Assembly: GCA_964016885.1 (NCBI GenBank)
Contig: OZ024741.1
Location: 73,408,001 to 73,472,000 of the forward strand
Reading direction: 5' to 3'
Source of the DNA: Eledone cirrhosa
Taxonomy: Eukaryota
DNA length: 64,000 bases
The notes under the pieces are model-generated. The model was not told the DNA's origin and searched no databases. It was given only the letters and a program-made list of their open reading frames with translations. Positions 13,622 through 28,929 of the stretch are shown here, piece after piece; within the stretch, counting starts at the first letter, position 1, and each line of letters starts with the position of its first letter. The position numbers were made by a program, and so were the translations under genes.

Positions 13622-15872
13622 ATATATTAATAAATGGAAACTATATTTATAAAACCATATTTATTTTATTATATATATTTCAAGGGCAACCAAGGCAAAT
13701 TATGGTGCGCTTTCATCAGATAAAATACAGATTTGTTTTATAAATAAATATTGACATACCCGGAAAAAAAGACAACCTTAACGGTTGGAGCTTCCTGGAT
13801 AGTGGAGATAATATTTTATCGAGGGTAATACAAAGTTATGAGTGAGTATGCAAATGAGTGTCCGAAAAGTTGAAAAGATAACGGTTTATTTAAATGAAAC
13901 TGTTGGAAGAAGATGATATGTAAGGGAGTGAGAAAAAAGAAAAGGAAGGAGAAAGAGAGAAGAGGAAAGAAAGAACGATTATACATATTGATAGTGGAGA
14001 TAGACAGAGTGAACGATTATACATAGGGATAGTGGAGATAGACAGAGTGAATGAAGAAATAAGTTTTAATGGAAAAATATACATAGCGTAAATACATCTA
14101 AGTGAAAGAAGAAGTGAAAAAAGAAATAAGATTAACGTGGAAGAATAATATTTAGAATGTAGGGTTCAATTACGTTGTGATTATAATATTTATAATGATA
14201 GGTTGAAAAATTAGATTAAAATTAAAAATTAAAAAACAAAATTAAAGATTAAAATTTGCCTTAATATTAAAGATTTAATTTAATATTAATATTAAAAATT
14301 AAAAAAATTAAAAATTAAAATTAAAACAGAAGTATTTATATTATATTAAGATGTATTAGTAATAATATATTGGTTTAGATGTGTATGTTATGGATTATAA
14401 ATTATTTAAATAAATATATAGTATTTTACATTAGAGAAAATCTAGTATAGTTTATTTTATTAAAGTAAGTTTGGCAAAGTTAAAGTTATATTTATTAATA
14501 GTTGTAAGTCAAAACTTAAACATCCAAATAATTCTAAATTTATGAAAATTTACGAGAGTTTACAAAGGAATAACTACTTAATTATATTATAAAAACAGTA
14601 AGGAAGTATAAAGGAAGTTAGAAGTGATTTTTTAAGAACTCAAATGACTCCAAGGATACATAAAAAACTTTTCGAAAAAAAAAAATTTTTTTATTTTATT
14701 TTTAAAAAATCTTTTATTCGAAGTCATAGATGTTATAAAGTTAAAAAATGTTATCTTAAGAATATAATTAAAACATAAACCATATGTTATTTTATAAGAA
14801 GTCATAAATTTATCTTAAGAATATAATTAAAACATAAACCATAGGTTATTTTATAAAAAGTCATACTTGTTATAAAGTTTTAAAAAATTTATCTTAAGAA
14901 TATGGTTAAAACATAAACCATAGGTTATTCCACATATATATAAAAAAACCTATATATAAAAACCATATGTTATTCCACATATATATAAATATTTGAATAC
15001 ATATATTAAAAATGTTTGAATATATAAAATATTGGAATATATGAAAATAATGGTTTTTCTATATCTTTCAAAGGAACTTTCAAAGAATTTTCTAAAACCT
15101 TCAGAAAGTTTTTCAAGGAAAATTTTCCTTAAAAGAATTTCAAGTAGTCATATAAAAAAAAGGTTATAATCTATTGATAAGTGTAATAATATAAAGTATC
15201 TTTACAAGGTAGAGATAATAGAAAGTAAATTAAATATATATTAATCATATATAGATATAATCTGAGGGATGAGGTTGTAGGAGGTTGGATATAGAAAACA
15301 TTATGTAAAGGAGATTAACCATATATTATATTTTATATATATATCTAAAAGTTGAGTTTAAACGATGTTTACAAGAACTAAATAAATTATTTCGCAAATT
15401 AATAGAGTTCTTACTTTTTAGTATAAAGAATATTTCTTCAATGCAAAGGGAGCAATTTTTGGATAGAGCCGTGTAGGAAGGAGTTTGGAGATAATTTCCC
15501 AAGATAATGAATAGTTAATATTCTTGGATTTTAAGTTCCATAATAAGTTGGATAGAGAAGTTGAAGATTTTTTACCAATATTCTTAAAGGAACATTTATG
15601 TTCCTTCATACACAGCTCTATCCAAAAATTGCATATCCAGATATGTCAATATTTATTTATAAAACAAATCTGTATTTTATCTGATGAAAGCGCACCATAA
15701 TTTGCCTTGGTTGCCCTTGAAATATATATAATAAAATAAATATGGTTTTATAAATATAGTTTCCATTTATTAATATATTGTGTATTTATTCCACTGACCT
15801 GTTGAGTGCTTTATATCAGTTATAAAAAATTTTAAGCTTGTTGAATCCCAACAAATTAAATATAACCTCTGC
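13615..15872. mobile_element. Penelope-like insertion: short plus-strand 3' end (15635-15872) preceded by a ~2-kb inverted segment
   Basis: Minus GIY-YIG C-terminus at 15418-15609 (EHKCSFKN..KKSSTSLSNLLWNLK..YSLSWEII). 13620-13758 is inverted relative to 15642-15783. The end sequence resembles that of the 50891 element. Inserted in (TA)n. Confidence 0.85.
15673..15738 (+). ncRNA. Minimal type I hammerhead ribozyme (inverted copy at ~13660-13727 on minus)
   Basis: TATTTTAT-CTGATGA-aag...ctt-GAAA-TATATA-TA-ATAAAATA, with a perfect 8-bp stem I. Confidence 0.82.
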
Positions 15873-16194
<322 letters not shown>

Positions 16195-16203
16195 ATATAT
16201 ATA

Positions 16204-16560
16204 TTGTTATACTTTGGGAGAGTCATGTTGCCAATAAGAAACACACGCACCAGTTGCTTTCACTCCAATTTATTATAAATTAAATTTATAAATTTAAGAA
16301 TTTATAAATTTCCGGTTGGTTGGTTGGAATGTGTGACGAAAGAACTTTGACAATATATGAACAACCGTCCGGTTATGGAACCAACCAACCAACCGGAAAT
16401 TTATAAATTCTTGAATTTATAAATTTAATTTATAATAAATTGGAGTGAAAGCAACTGGTGCGTGTGTTTCTTATTGGCAACATGACCATCCCAAAGTATA
16501 ACAATATCGGTTTCAACACACGTTTTCAGATAAAGAATCTTGCTAAAGAACTTCAGAAAC

Positions 16561-16563
<3 letters not shown>
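16204..16563 (+). mobile_element. Penelope-type 3' end with inverted 5' arm (family of the 26620 copy)
   Basis: 16204-16326 is inverted relative to ~16378-16504. The direct part matches 27027-27262. Confidence 0.8.
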
Positions 16564-16627
<64 letters not shown>

Positions 16628-16944
16628 CACACACACATAATTTCTTCATTTCATCTCAGCAGCGATCGTCCAATCGAACCAGTAAAACACCTCTTGCCAG
16701 ATGTTTCGCTTCAGCATCACTGTTCGTATTTCCGATGAATCTTTCAATCCGATTTCTTAATGACGTATATAAATGAAGTTAGTGTGTTATTGCCGTAGTT
16801 AATAGATCTTTGTGTTGGCTGCCATGATACTTGATTTCAGAATATTTCTTCAGGATGTCTCGCACTGAGAGCTGAAAAGAAAACCACCAATCATTCTACC
16901 CGGATTTCTAACGATTCTGCTAATTCTCCGTCTCGAGGAAGCTA

Positions 16945-17290
16945 TGTATGTATGAACCTATAACTCTTGAGAGTGTCGTAGGTGTACCGTATTGACATAC
17001 GGCGTTTCTAGAGCTATTTGTTTTAAAACCAGGTGGAGCCCATCTCCTCTCCAGGTTTGAATATAGCAGATTTCTTCAAGAGAAGGATAGGGAGTGAGAG
17101 AATGAAAGTGCGAAAGATATATGGAGGAAGAATCAACTCCAGTACTAGACTGGTACTTTTTTTATCGACTTTGAATGGATGAAAGGCAATGTTGACCTCG
17201 GTGGAATTTGAACTCAGAGAGCAAATAGTCGAAACAAATACCGCAAAGCATTTTAACCAACGTTCTAACGAGTCTGCCGATTTGCCGCCT
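16945..17290 (-). mobile_element. Meta-type SINE variant with an alternative long 3' tail ending in (CATA)n
   Basis: SINE head and body at 17140-17290. The tail is shared with 46250-46400 (GTCGTAGG...GTATTGACATAC...GAGCCCAT.CCTCTCCAG). Confidence 0.72.
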
Positions 17291-17556
17291 CTCACATAAC
17301 CCATCTGATACACCAGCGCTGGTAGCAGTTCCCTGTTGTTTTCTTAACTTAATGATAGAAGTTTCCATACAGTTGATAGATGTGCTATAAATAGTAATCA
17401 TGTCTCATTCAAATTATGCTCTCTTTTTTTTCGACCTTTGACTACCGTAGTATGTTTGACATACACCATATCTGAAACAAAATGTGGGATGGTTATGGCT
17501 GAAATTCTTTTCACGATGGGGCTACGGGATCAGAGCTGACCTCCTTCAGTTAAACA

Positions 17557-17746
17557 TAATTGTTTCTACTTTTGACACAAGGCCAGCAATTACCCAATAC
17601 ATTACTGGTACTTTATTTTATCGACCCCGTAAGGATGAAAGGCAAAGTTAACCTTGGCGGGATTTGAACTCAGATCATAAAGGGACGCAACTCTATGCTT
17701 CAAAGAATGGCGTCCGACTCTCTACCAATACTACCAATCCACCGCC
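17557..17746 (-). mobile_element. Meta-type SINE, full length
   Basis: A and B boxes plus body. 12-bp TSD GTTAAACATAAT. Confidence 0.9.
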
Positions 17747-18884
17747 TGTTAAACATAATGAAAGACCGTTTGTGCAGGCGTTTGACCTGTAAGAAGTAGA
17801 AATCTCCCTCAAATCACTTCTTATTGTTAAAGTAAAAAAAACATAGTCGTGTCCGGGATGCTTTTAATCGTTTGTCAGATTGATCATGGCTGACACAGGG
17901 GTTAAACATTACCACAAAATTCCAATAAAATTTAATCGTTTATCGACAATTAGTAGCTGATGTCTGATGTTTCACTGCTTCTATCTGCTCTTCTCTCTTT
18001 CTCTTCATAAAAGCATCTTTCTTCCGAATTATTCATTCGTATCGAGATACAACGATGAGAACAATAATAACAATAGCAATAACAATACCAACAGCAATAG
18101 TAACAATAAAAACACAAGCAATAAAACCCGTTGAATATTGTGAGAATGACGATCTATTATAATTCTGACAACTAATCTTTTATTATCTCGTCTTCAAAAT
18201 TATTCCTTTACAAAGGAAAATTGAAAATGTCGAAGTGAAGCCAGCTTGTACGAACTGACATTGTTGAAAGTGCTAATTAAAAGCTAAAGATAGGTAAGTA
18301 ATTAATTATCTTAAAACTCGGTAGCTTAAGACATATTTGGTCTTTCAACAACACTCGGTTTAACTAACTTGATTTATTTCATAAGTAGATGCTGAAGCAA
18401 TAAACACCGTCAAATAGATTCTCGGCAACTGAATATATAATGACCGACGTTTCTTCGTTATGGTATAAAATTTCCTTAAATAGCAATAATCCTGTAGCGA
18501 TTGAATCGTTAAGACTGCTGTAGACATTTGTTGTAAGTTTTATGTTTCTTTTCTACAGCGAGTTGGTTAGGGCAGAAACGTGTTCGGTCGGTAAACAGGA
18601 CACACTCTACAAGGACACTCACAATGCTCCCACCCCACTCCTATAATTCATTAGCATCAAATAAATGTCATGAAAAAATCGTGTTGCTAATAATTTTGCC
18701 GTGTGTATTCTCATCAGGAATGGTATCATGACGTCTGAGCAAACTAGGATCGTCCAGCGTTGTCAGTGCATTAACAGGGACTTTCGACTAAGTTTGTCCA
18801 AATTATAGTAGGATATTTCGATTACAGAGTTGGTGTCATGTATATCATACTATCAATGAACAAATAAGATATAGGTTCCTTATC

Positions 18885-20030
18885 TAATAATTGTTTCTAC
18901 TTTAGGCACAAGGCCAGCAATTACTGGTACTTTATTTAAGGATGTCCGATGGGTAAATTGATGACAATTAAATGACTAAATTGAAAATAAAAACAAAATT
19001 AGTTTCACTCTAGCATAGCGGATACGCAAAGGCATTCGTGAGTTTTATATCGAATAATAATTGTTTCTAGTTTTGGCACAAGGCCAGCAATTACCCAGTA
19101 CATTACTGGTACTTTATTTTATCGAACCCCGTAAGGATGAGAGGCAAAGTTAACCTCGACGGGTTTTGAACTCAGACCGTAATAGGACGTAACTATGCTA
19201 AAAAGCATGGCGTCCAACCCTCTACCGATACTGCCAATTCGCCGCCCTTTATATCGAATAATAATTGTTTCTACTTTTGGCACAAGACCAACAATTACCC
19301 AATCCATTACTGGTACTTTATTCTATCGACCCCGTAAGGATGAAAGGCAAAGTTGACCTCGGCAGGATTTGAACTCAGATCATAAAGGGACGTAACTCTA
19401 TGCTTCAAAGCATGGTGTACGACTCTCTACCGATACTGAATGATATTCGATTCGTTTGCAAGCAAACAGCCTCATGTTTTAGACGACTATCGTCATCCTT
19501 TTGTTCTAGCGGTGGCGCTAGAATCGAATATCATTATTATTTAAGGGCGGTGAATTGGCAGCATCGGTAGAGGGTCGGACATGCTTTCCAGCATAGTTAC
19601 GCCCCTTTACGATCTGAGTTCAAATCCGGCCGAGGTTAACTTTGCCTTTCATCCTTACGGGGTCGATAAAATAAAGTACCAGTAATTCACTGGTTTAATT
19701 GCTGGCTTTGTGCCAAAAGTAGAAACAATTATTTAATATAAAAGTATGGTCATCCTTTTGTTCTAGCGCCACCGCTAGAACAAAAGGATGACGATAGCCG
19801 TCTAAAACACATGGCGTAACGAGATTGATTGCTTGCAAACGAATTGAATATTATTACGAATAAAGGGTCGGACACCATGCTTTCCAGCATAGTTACCTCC
19901 CTTTACGGTCTGAGTTCAAATCCCGTCGAGGTTAACATTGCCTTTCATCCTTACGGGGTCGATAAAATAAAGTACCAGTAATGCACTGGGATAATTGCAG
20001 GTCTTGTGCCAAAAGTAGAAAGAATTATTA
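18885..20030. mobile_element. SINE cluster: three minus copies (18885, 19057, 19260) and two plus copies (19545, 19865) interleaved with an inverted-repeat element
   Basis: Recognisable SINE bodies. TTTATATCGAATAATAAT is duplicated around the 19057 copy. 19441-19520 is inverted relative to 19775-19852. Confidence 0.85.
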
Positions 20031-20473
20031 TTCAATATAAAACTCAGGAAGTAAACAACTTCCTTACGTATACTGTGCTGAGAGAGAGATCTTCGCTAAC
20101 AGCCATTGTTGTTTAGCTGGGGGTAAAACTTATTGAAACAACATATGATCAAAAGTATTCAACTAAATGTGTCTTTCCTGTTTTAAGACTGTGAAAATTG
20201 ATTTGAATGAGATTCGGTATCTATTTCTAGAAAGACGAAAGATTTCGTAGGATTTCCACTGTTTATTTGAGACAGGCATAGAAATTGTTGTTTAGCTCCA
20301 AGTAAGCCTTGATTGAGAAGAATCTAATATGTATTAGAGCCATCAATCTCCCATCAGTGTAGCTAGGAATCATTACTCTAGCTTAACACACTAGGAATTC
20401 ATTGGAAGCATATTCAAACGATATTTTTAGCATGTCATATATATGTATATATGTATGTATTTATGTATGTATG

Positions 20474-20985
20474 CAGTGGCGGACTGGCCCGGTTGGCAGG
20501 TTTCCCAATGGCAAGTGGGCACCGAGGGGACCCACGGTAGCATTGCAAGGGCCCACAGTAGCATTGCAGGGCCCACTGTAGTATTATATATATACTGAGT
20601 GAGTGTAAAAGACCAAAGGTCATTATTGAAAGTCTCTAGGGCGGTGAATTGGCAGTATCGGTAGAGGGTCGGGCGCCATGCTTTGCAGCACAGTTACGTC
20701 CCTTTACGGACTGAGTTCAAATCCCGCCGAGGTTAACTTTGCCTTTCATCCTTACGGGGTGGATAAAATAAAGTACCAGTAACACACTGGGATAATTGCT
20801 GGCCTTGCGCCAAAAGTAGAAACAATTATTGAAAGTCTCTAGATTTCGCAAAATACATAATATTTTTTATTGGAGAAGGTAAGATATTTTCCCGCAAAAA
20901 TTTGATTGCGCTGTTTTGTTTCCATTTATGTATTTTTTGGGCCCTCTTCATCTGGCAACCAATATTTTTAGACCTATTCCGCCAC

Positions 20986-20987
<2 letters not shown>
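20474..20987. mobile_element. hAT-like MITE carrying a nested SINE (20640-20824)
   Basis: TIRs CAGTGGCGGA...TCCGCCACTG. The nested SINE has an 18-bp TSD, ATTATTGAAAGTCTCTAG. A second right half of the MITE lies at 21795-22015. Confidence 0.75.
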
Positions 20988-21027
<40 letters not shown>

Positions 21028-21073
21028 TAACCCATGCTAGCGTGGAAGAACGGACGTAAAACGGTGATTATGA

Positions 21074-21109
<36 letters not shown>

Positions 21110-21338
21110 CTCCAATCATGTTAAGTTTGAATCTAACTGACATGCAAAAACATATATATAGGAATAAGGTAAGCCCAAATCACAGTAGATTCAAATATCA
21201 CAGAGAGAAAGAGAGAGAGGGGGGGGGGGGGGAGAAATGAGATGGAACAGAAATGAAACATGGATTACAGGTTAAACTGTAGTCTAGATAGATGAGAAAC
21301 ATAACGAGGATGTAGTTTATGGAACAACCAAATGATTT

Positions 21339-21791
21339 AGAAGTCGACCTTAAGTGGGAGCAATAACATTAAGAAAGGCATGAACGACACCACAACACTT
21401 GGTGGGAAAATTTTGAAAGTAGGTTTATAAGTATGAAATTTCACAAGATTGTTTTAGTTGTCTCTGTGGCCTGTCGGTAGGTACTAGGGAAGGTGGAGGT
21501 CCTGGCCTTGGGTTCAATCCTGGTCAAGAGGTATATGTAACCTTTTTTTTAGTTTTTATTTTACAACCAATAGATAAAACAGAAAAGGTTAACTGGGAAC
21601 CCTACTCTCGACCAGGATCGAACTTCAGACCAGACCACCGTCTATGATTCCTCCAACTAGGCCACCGAGACAACCACAAAAGTATAATGAAAATTGATAA
21701 CTATAAACCTACTTTCAAAATCAAAGTTAAATAGATGTGGTGTCGTTCATGGCTTTCCTAGAGTTATTAGTAATATTTAGGGTCGACTTCT
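21339..21791. mobile_element. Fold-back/MITE with ~200-bp imperfect arms, each containing a tRNA-like Pol III cassette
   Basis: Arms AGAAGTCGACC...GGTCGACTTCT, with internal inverted matches (CATGAACGACACCACA; TTTTGAAAGTAGGTTTATA). A and B boxes at 21465-21520 (+) and 21613-21666 (-). Confidence 0.7.
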
Positions 21792-22051
21792 GGTCACTAT
21801 TGAAAGTCTCTGGATTTCGCAAAATACATAATATTTTTTATTGGAAAAGGTAAGATATTTTTCCGCAAAAATTTGATTGTACTGCTTTGTTTCCACTTAT
21901 GTATTTTTCGAAGATGTTATTTATTCATTATAAAAATGAAATTATAGCATTCTATATGTAGGTGGGCCCCTTTCATTTCCTGGCAACCAATATTTTTAGA
22001 CCCAGTCCACCACTGTATGTATGTATGTATTTGTGTAATGGATGGATGGTA

Positions 22052-22267
22052 CGAGGGATGCTGAAATTTTCCTGGCTTGATCACTGCTACAGAGGCCTGA
22101 TTGGAGGCCGAACCTTCTAAGTTCTGTACATTGGACTTCGAATATTTGAAGCGCCGCTGCAATAAATGTGTAAATCTGAGAGGGGAAAAGGTTGAATGAA
22201 ACCATAACTAACTGATCCACCTCTATATTCTTTTACCCAACGTCAGGAACTTTTCAGCACCCCCTCG
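22052..22267. mobile_element. Tc1/mariner-type MITE
   Basis: TA|CGAGGGATGCTGAAATTTTCCTG ... CAGGAACTTTTCAGCACCCCTCG|TA, giving mariner-like TIRs with a TA duplication. Confidence 0.8.
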
Positions 22268-22287
22268 TAAGTATGTATGTATGTATG

Positions 22288-23137
22288 TCAAGTCGCTCTC
22301 GAATGCTACTGGTAACATGTAACCCTGTACAACCTGTCTCATGGTCGGGTCGTCGGCGACTAAGCCGGCAACCCCAATAAGCTTGCTTGGTGAGGAGGGT
22401 GATATTTGGACACCCTGCGGGATGAAATACAAGACATGTAAAAATGCGTAGGAACGCAGCAGAGTCAACGGCCATCCAAGTAGTACTTTTTTTTCACCTG
22501 GGAGTGAAAGGCCCCCAGTTGTTTTCACAACACTTTTCTTGGAGAGGGAGACTCTGAAAAAAACCCTGCGTCTTCGGAAGCATCCGATGATGTTGACAAG
22601 TTCTCCTTTTCGGGTATTGTTTTCGATGCTCAGAGAGTCGGATTGGTCTAGTGCAAGGCCTTTCTCTACTTAAAAAAAATGCAAAGCACAGGCCTTTCTT
22701 GTTCAGGATCTGTTACAGGTTCGTGTAAAGGATTTTGGACTCCCAGCGGAATGAAAAACAAATCCCGTCAAAGGCGAAGGAACACAGGAGAGTCAACGGC
22801 CATCCAATAAAGTTTTTTTTTTGTGAGACTCATAGTCTTCATTAAGACATCTCTCTAGGAGAAAGTACTCTGATATAAAACCTGCGACTTCGTTTGCATC
22901 CAATGATCTTTTAGGGGAAATGCATTCGATGTTCAGAGAGTGGGGTTGGTCCTATACAAAGCCTTTCCTCACTTAAAAAAGTTTTAAGCAGAAGCATCGC
23001 TTGATATGTGACATTTTTTGCGATTCAAGGTATTACTAGCCATAAGCAAGACCTAGCAGAACTAAAATCCCATGTCCGTGATGCTCATGCTTAAGTATGA
23101 AGTAATAGCATTACTCGAAATCGAGTTGCAGCCACCA
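22288..23137 (+). mobile_element. RTE-derived non-autonomous retroelement (internally duplicated), in (TATG)n
   Basis: Structured 5' head, the RTE-5'UTR-like motif GGAGAGGGAGACTCTGAAAAAAACC (twice), and a 3' hairpin ACTCG-AAAT-CGAGT followed by GCAGCCACCA(TGTA)n. Confidence 0.72.
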
Positions 23138-23263
23138 TGTATGTATGTATGAATGCATGTATGTATGTATGTATGTATGTATGTATATATGTATGTATGT
23201 ATGAATGCTTGTATGTATGTATGTATGTATGTATGTATGTATGTATGTATGTATGTATGTATG

Positions 23264-23294
<31 letters not shown>

Positions 23295-23591
23295 ATATGT
23301 ATGTATGTATGAATGCTTGTATGTATGTATGTATGTATGTATGTATGTATGTATGTATGTATGTATGTATGTATGTATGTATAAAAATCTATCCTTAGAC
23401 ACGGAGGCAAACAATCTATCTAATAACTAAAGGCATTTTTGAAAATAACAAAAAGAAATATAATATAAGAATATATAAATACAATTAACCAAAATGTGCT
23501 GACTTAACTTTCTCCCCTTTTCGCATTGTCTTTTTCTCTCTCTATCTTAATCTCAAATTCACTTCAAATATGCGTATACACATACATAACA

Positions 23592-23662
<71 letters not shown>

Positions 23663-23684
23663 CTGCCAATTCAGCTCTATTCAA

Positions 23685-23763
<79 letters not shown>

Positions 23764-23895
23764 GTATATATATATATGTATATATATGGACGGTGGGGCG
23801 GCTGGTTCTCAATGTAGATTGAATGTTTTCAACATTGACAAACATATCAATGAAATTTCAAAGTTTGTAAAATAATAATTCCATGTGTGAATATC

Positions 23896-23992
<97 letters not shown>

Positions 23993-24092
23993 CATATATG
24001 TTTATATGCATGTATTTATAATATTTATATATATATTACACATATACACATATATATGCAAATATATACATATCTATATACATACGCACATT

Positions 24093-24153
<61 letters not shown>

Positions 24154-24499
24154 GTGTGTAGGCATGTGTGCATGTTTGTATGCATGTATGTGTATATTTG
24201 TGTTGTGCTGATTTGTCTTGGTTTGAAGTCTAAATGAAGTTTAAGGTCATTTGTTATTCATTTTTAAGCTTTCTATTCTATGTCTACGATAGAGTTGAAG
24301 GAGGGGTGTTGAAAAAGTTTCAATTGTACCTGATTAACACGCAACAACAGCACCAGTGCTGTGGTATTTGTGGTTTATGTGACTAGCACTGATTTAGAAC
24401 GTACGGTTGAGGATATGTTTGTCAAGACATCGTTGCTTGATGCTTCATACATAACATAGCGTAGCAAAACAACGTGACACTATATACTAGCTATACATG

Positions 24500-24582
<83 letters not shown>

Positions 24583-24774
24583 ATATGTATGTGTATGTAT
24601 GTATATATATATGTATGTGTATGTATATATATATATATATATGTACATACATATACGCACACACACACACACACATATATATATATGTGTGTGTGTGTGC
24701 ATATGTATATATGTATATATATATGTATATATGTATATATGTATATATATGTATAAATGTATATATACATATGT

Positions 24775-24819
<45 letters not shown>

Positions 24820-25630
24820 TATGTGTGTGTTTGTGTGTATGTTTGTAAAATTATATGTGCTTGTCTGTATACAAATATGCGTGTATATATATATATTTGT
24901 ATTCGTATAGAAATATATTTTGTGCAAGCTTATTTCTTTTCTACTTTACTATATGACCGTCTGTATGTATGTGCGCATATGACAGTGTGGATGTATATGC
25001 CAGTACTTGTACGTATGTATGTGGTTATGTACGTCGGTAGTGTTTGTGTAGCAGATCTACGGGAACCTTAATGAATCCAATTATACTGAAGAGAGAAAAA
25101 AAACCTCAAAGAAGGGCAGAAGCAGCGAAGTTTCAACCCAACATCAACAACTGTATTAACAAACTGTTTCAGTTGATTCACAAAACAATCTCTATGAAGT
25201 TGTACATACATACATACATACGTACGTACGTATATACATACATACGTACGTATATACATACATACGTACGTACGTTCGTACGTACGTACATACATACATA
25301 TATACATACATACATACGCACATGCGTATATACATATATACATACATATATATATATATATACATACATACGTACGTACGCACATACATACATGCATACA
25401 TACGTACATACATATATACATACATACATACATACATACATACATACATACATACATACTCACATTTATACATATATACATATATACATACGTATATACA
25501 TATATATATACACACACACATACATACATACATACATACATACATACATACATACATACATACATACATACATACATACATACATACATACATTCATTCA
25601 TACATACATAAATGTATGTATATATTTATG

Positions 25631-25679
<49 letters not shown>

Positions 25680-26092
25680 TACATGCAAAGATAGATAGAT
25701 CGAAAGGCAGAAAATATATAGAAACTGAATAAAATCGGTAAATATTTATATACGCATAATATATATGTTTGTGTGTGTGTGTATGTGTGTATGAACGTGT
25801 GTGTGTGTATGTACGTGTGTGTGTGTGTGATGAAAACTTATGCACAACACAACACAACGTATATTAGAAAATCTGAGATGAACTTAATGAAGTAACTATG
25901 AAAACCTAATTAGCTGTGAAACATGGAAACAATATTGTCTTGTGATTTTCGGTATACGAAGGGAATAACAGAATGTTTTTTACATTTGTTTACATTTGCA
26001 CAGCGAGGTTTATGAACAACTGTATTTATACATACGCTAAATTTATCTTATATGTTTATTCTTTTAATATTTTCTCATCTCAGTCATATATA

Positions 26093-26195
<103 letters not shown>

Positions 26196-26590
26196 AAGTA
26201 ATATTAATTTCAAATTAAGTAATGCCGATTACCATATTTATAACGTTTCTTCAGGATCCATTTACTTTGTTATCCAAGCAAAGATGTGAATTCGAATTCC
26301 ACCAGATCTATCATGCGAACGTATAAAAAGACTTGAAATAACTTTACTTCAAACATAATATACAGAATGACGGGCTTATGCACCAAGATGCGATAAAATA
26401 GCTTATAAAGTAAGGTGAAGACCCTAAAAGATTTTGCTTCATGTATTAGGGACGGTTTGCGATGCGAATTGAATTTGAATTTCGTTGAGGTCGAATCTAT
26501 ATTTCTGATGAAGCAAGCTTTAAACTTTTCTTCACACATTTAGTCTTATAAATAATTGTCGTCATTTATTATGTATATATATATTTATTA

Positions 26591-27644
<1,054 letters not shown>

Positions 27645-27658
27645 TCTATATATATATA

Positions 27659-28385
27659 CTAGCTAAACTACGATGTAGATCATTAAACTAAACAAAGTAA
27701 ATTTGAATACATAGAAGAAAAACGTACTTTATGTAAACATGAAAACCTTAGGCACTATTCCAGCGAAATAATTAATATGTGAGCTCGGTGTTATCCGTTA
27801 TACCATGTAACAACCGAAATCCTGTCTAGGTATAAATTTTTTTGACAACAGTAAAAGCGCATCATGAAATAGAGAAGTGAAGTGAATAATAGACACTATT
27901 ATGTACAAAGCATAATATTGTAAAAGTTATGACATCACTTAATGTATGAACATCAAGCTTGAAGCGATAAATTATACAATGTCAAATCTATAACTGAACT
28001 TAGTAATCTGTTAGAAATTGCTCGTTGTGAAATATACAAAATGATATTGTTAGTCTCAAGGAAGCGTACCTTTTGTTTCAAGTACAAAGAGTAAATTAAA
28101 ATCCGATGAGCCGAATTACGAAAGATAACTCTTGTTTTACTTAAAGATAACTCTTGTCTTACTTAATCACGAAAATTGACACAAATAACCGAAACTTTTT
28201 TAATGTCTCCAAAGGCACCGATATCGATTTTTGAAAGCCTTTGTAGATCATGTACAGGTTTTGTGCAAGGAGAAGCTCTGTAAAAATTTTCAAAGAAATC
28301 GCATGAATGGTTTAGAATATATGAGCCCTCATTAAAAATTGTCCACACACACATACAGAAAACTTGGTCTTTATATATATACAGA
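27659..28385 (-). mobile_element. Non-autonomous Helitron-like element
   Basis: Minus strand begins A|TCTGTATATATATAAAG and ends TTAGCTAG|T. The subterminal hairpin is weak. Confidence 0.55.
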
Positions 28386-28440
28386 TATATAATAGAAATA
28401 GGATTTAGCTTCAGGCATAGCTGTATACAGATATGTATAG

Positions 28441-28490
<50 letters not shown>

Positions 28491-28717
28491 AGTATGTATA
28501 TATATATTGACAGTCGATCGACTTTCGTCAAATCGGACCTAGGAAACAATGTTTTTATTGGTCTTTCCAATTGCTAATACTATCTACCGGTCGCGATTCC
28601 AGGTAGAAGGAACGACGTGAAATAAAGTGTCTTGCCCAAGGACATAAATCGTGGGTGAGTGGTTAGAGAATTGAATTCGCAATCGTGCTATTGTGGGTTC
28701 GACTCCCGGACCAAGCG

Positions 28718-28748
<31 letters not shown>

Positions 28749-28780
28749 TATTTATATACACAACACACACACATACACAA

Positions 28781-28814
<34 letters not shown>

Positions 28815-28895
28815 GGGTAACTTACAGATGTGCGTTCTCTCCCCAAAATAGTTTTCCTTTTATCCTCTTCTCATATGTGTGTGTGTGTGTCTGTC

Positions 28896-28929
<34 letters not shown>

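Noticed and set aside
16770-16872. Possible minus-strand terminal exon (LSVRDILKKYSEIKYHGSQHKDLL...)
   Set aside because: Only an acceptor-like site and a short open frame, with no partner exon or recognisable homology.
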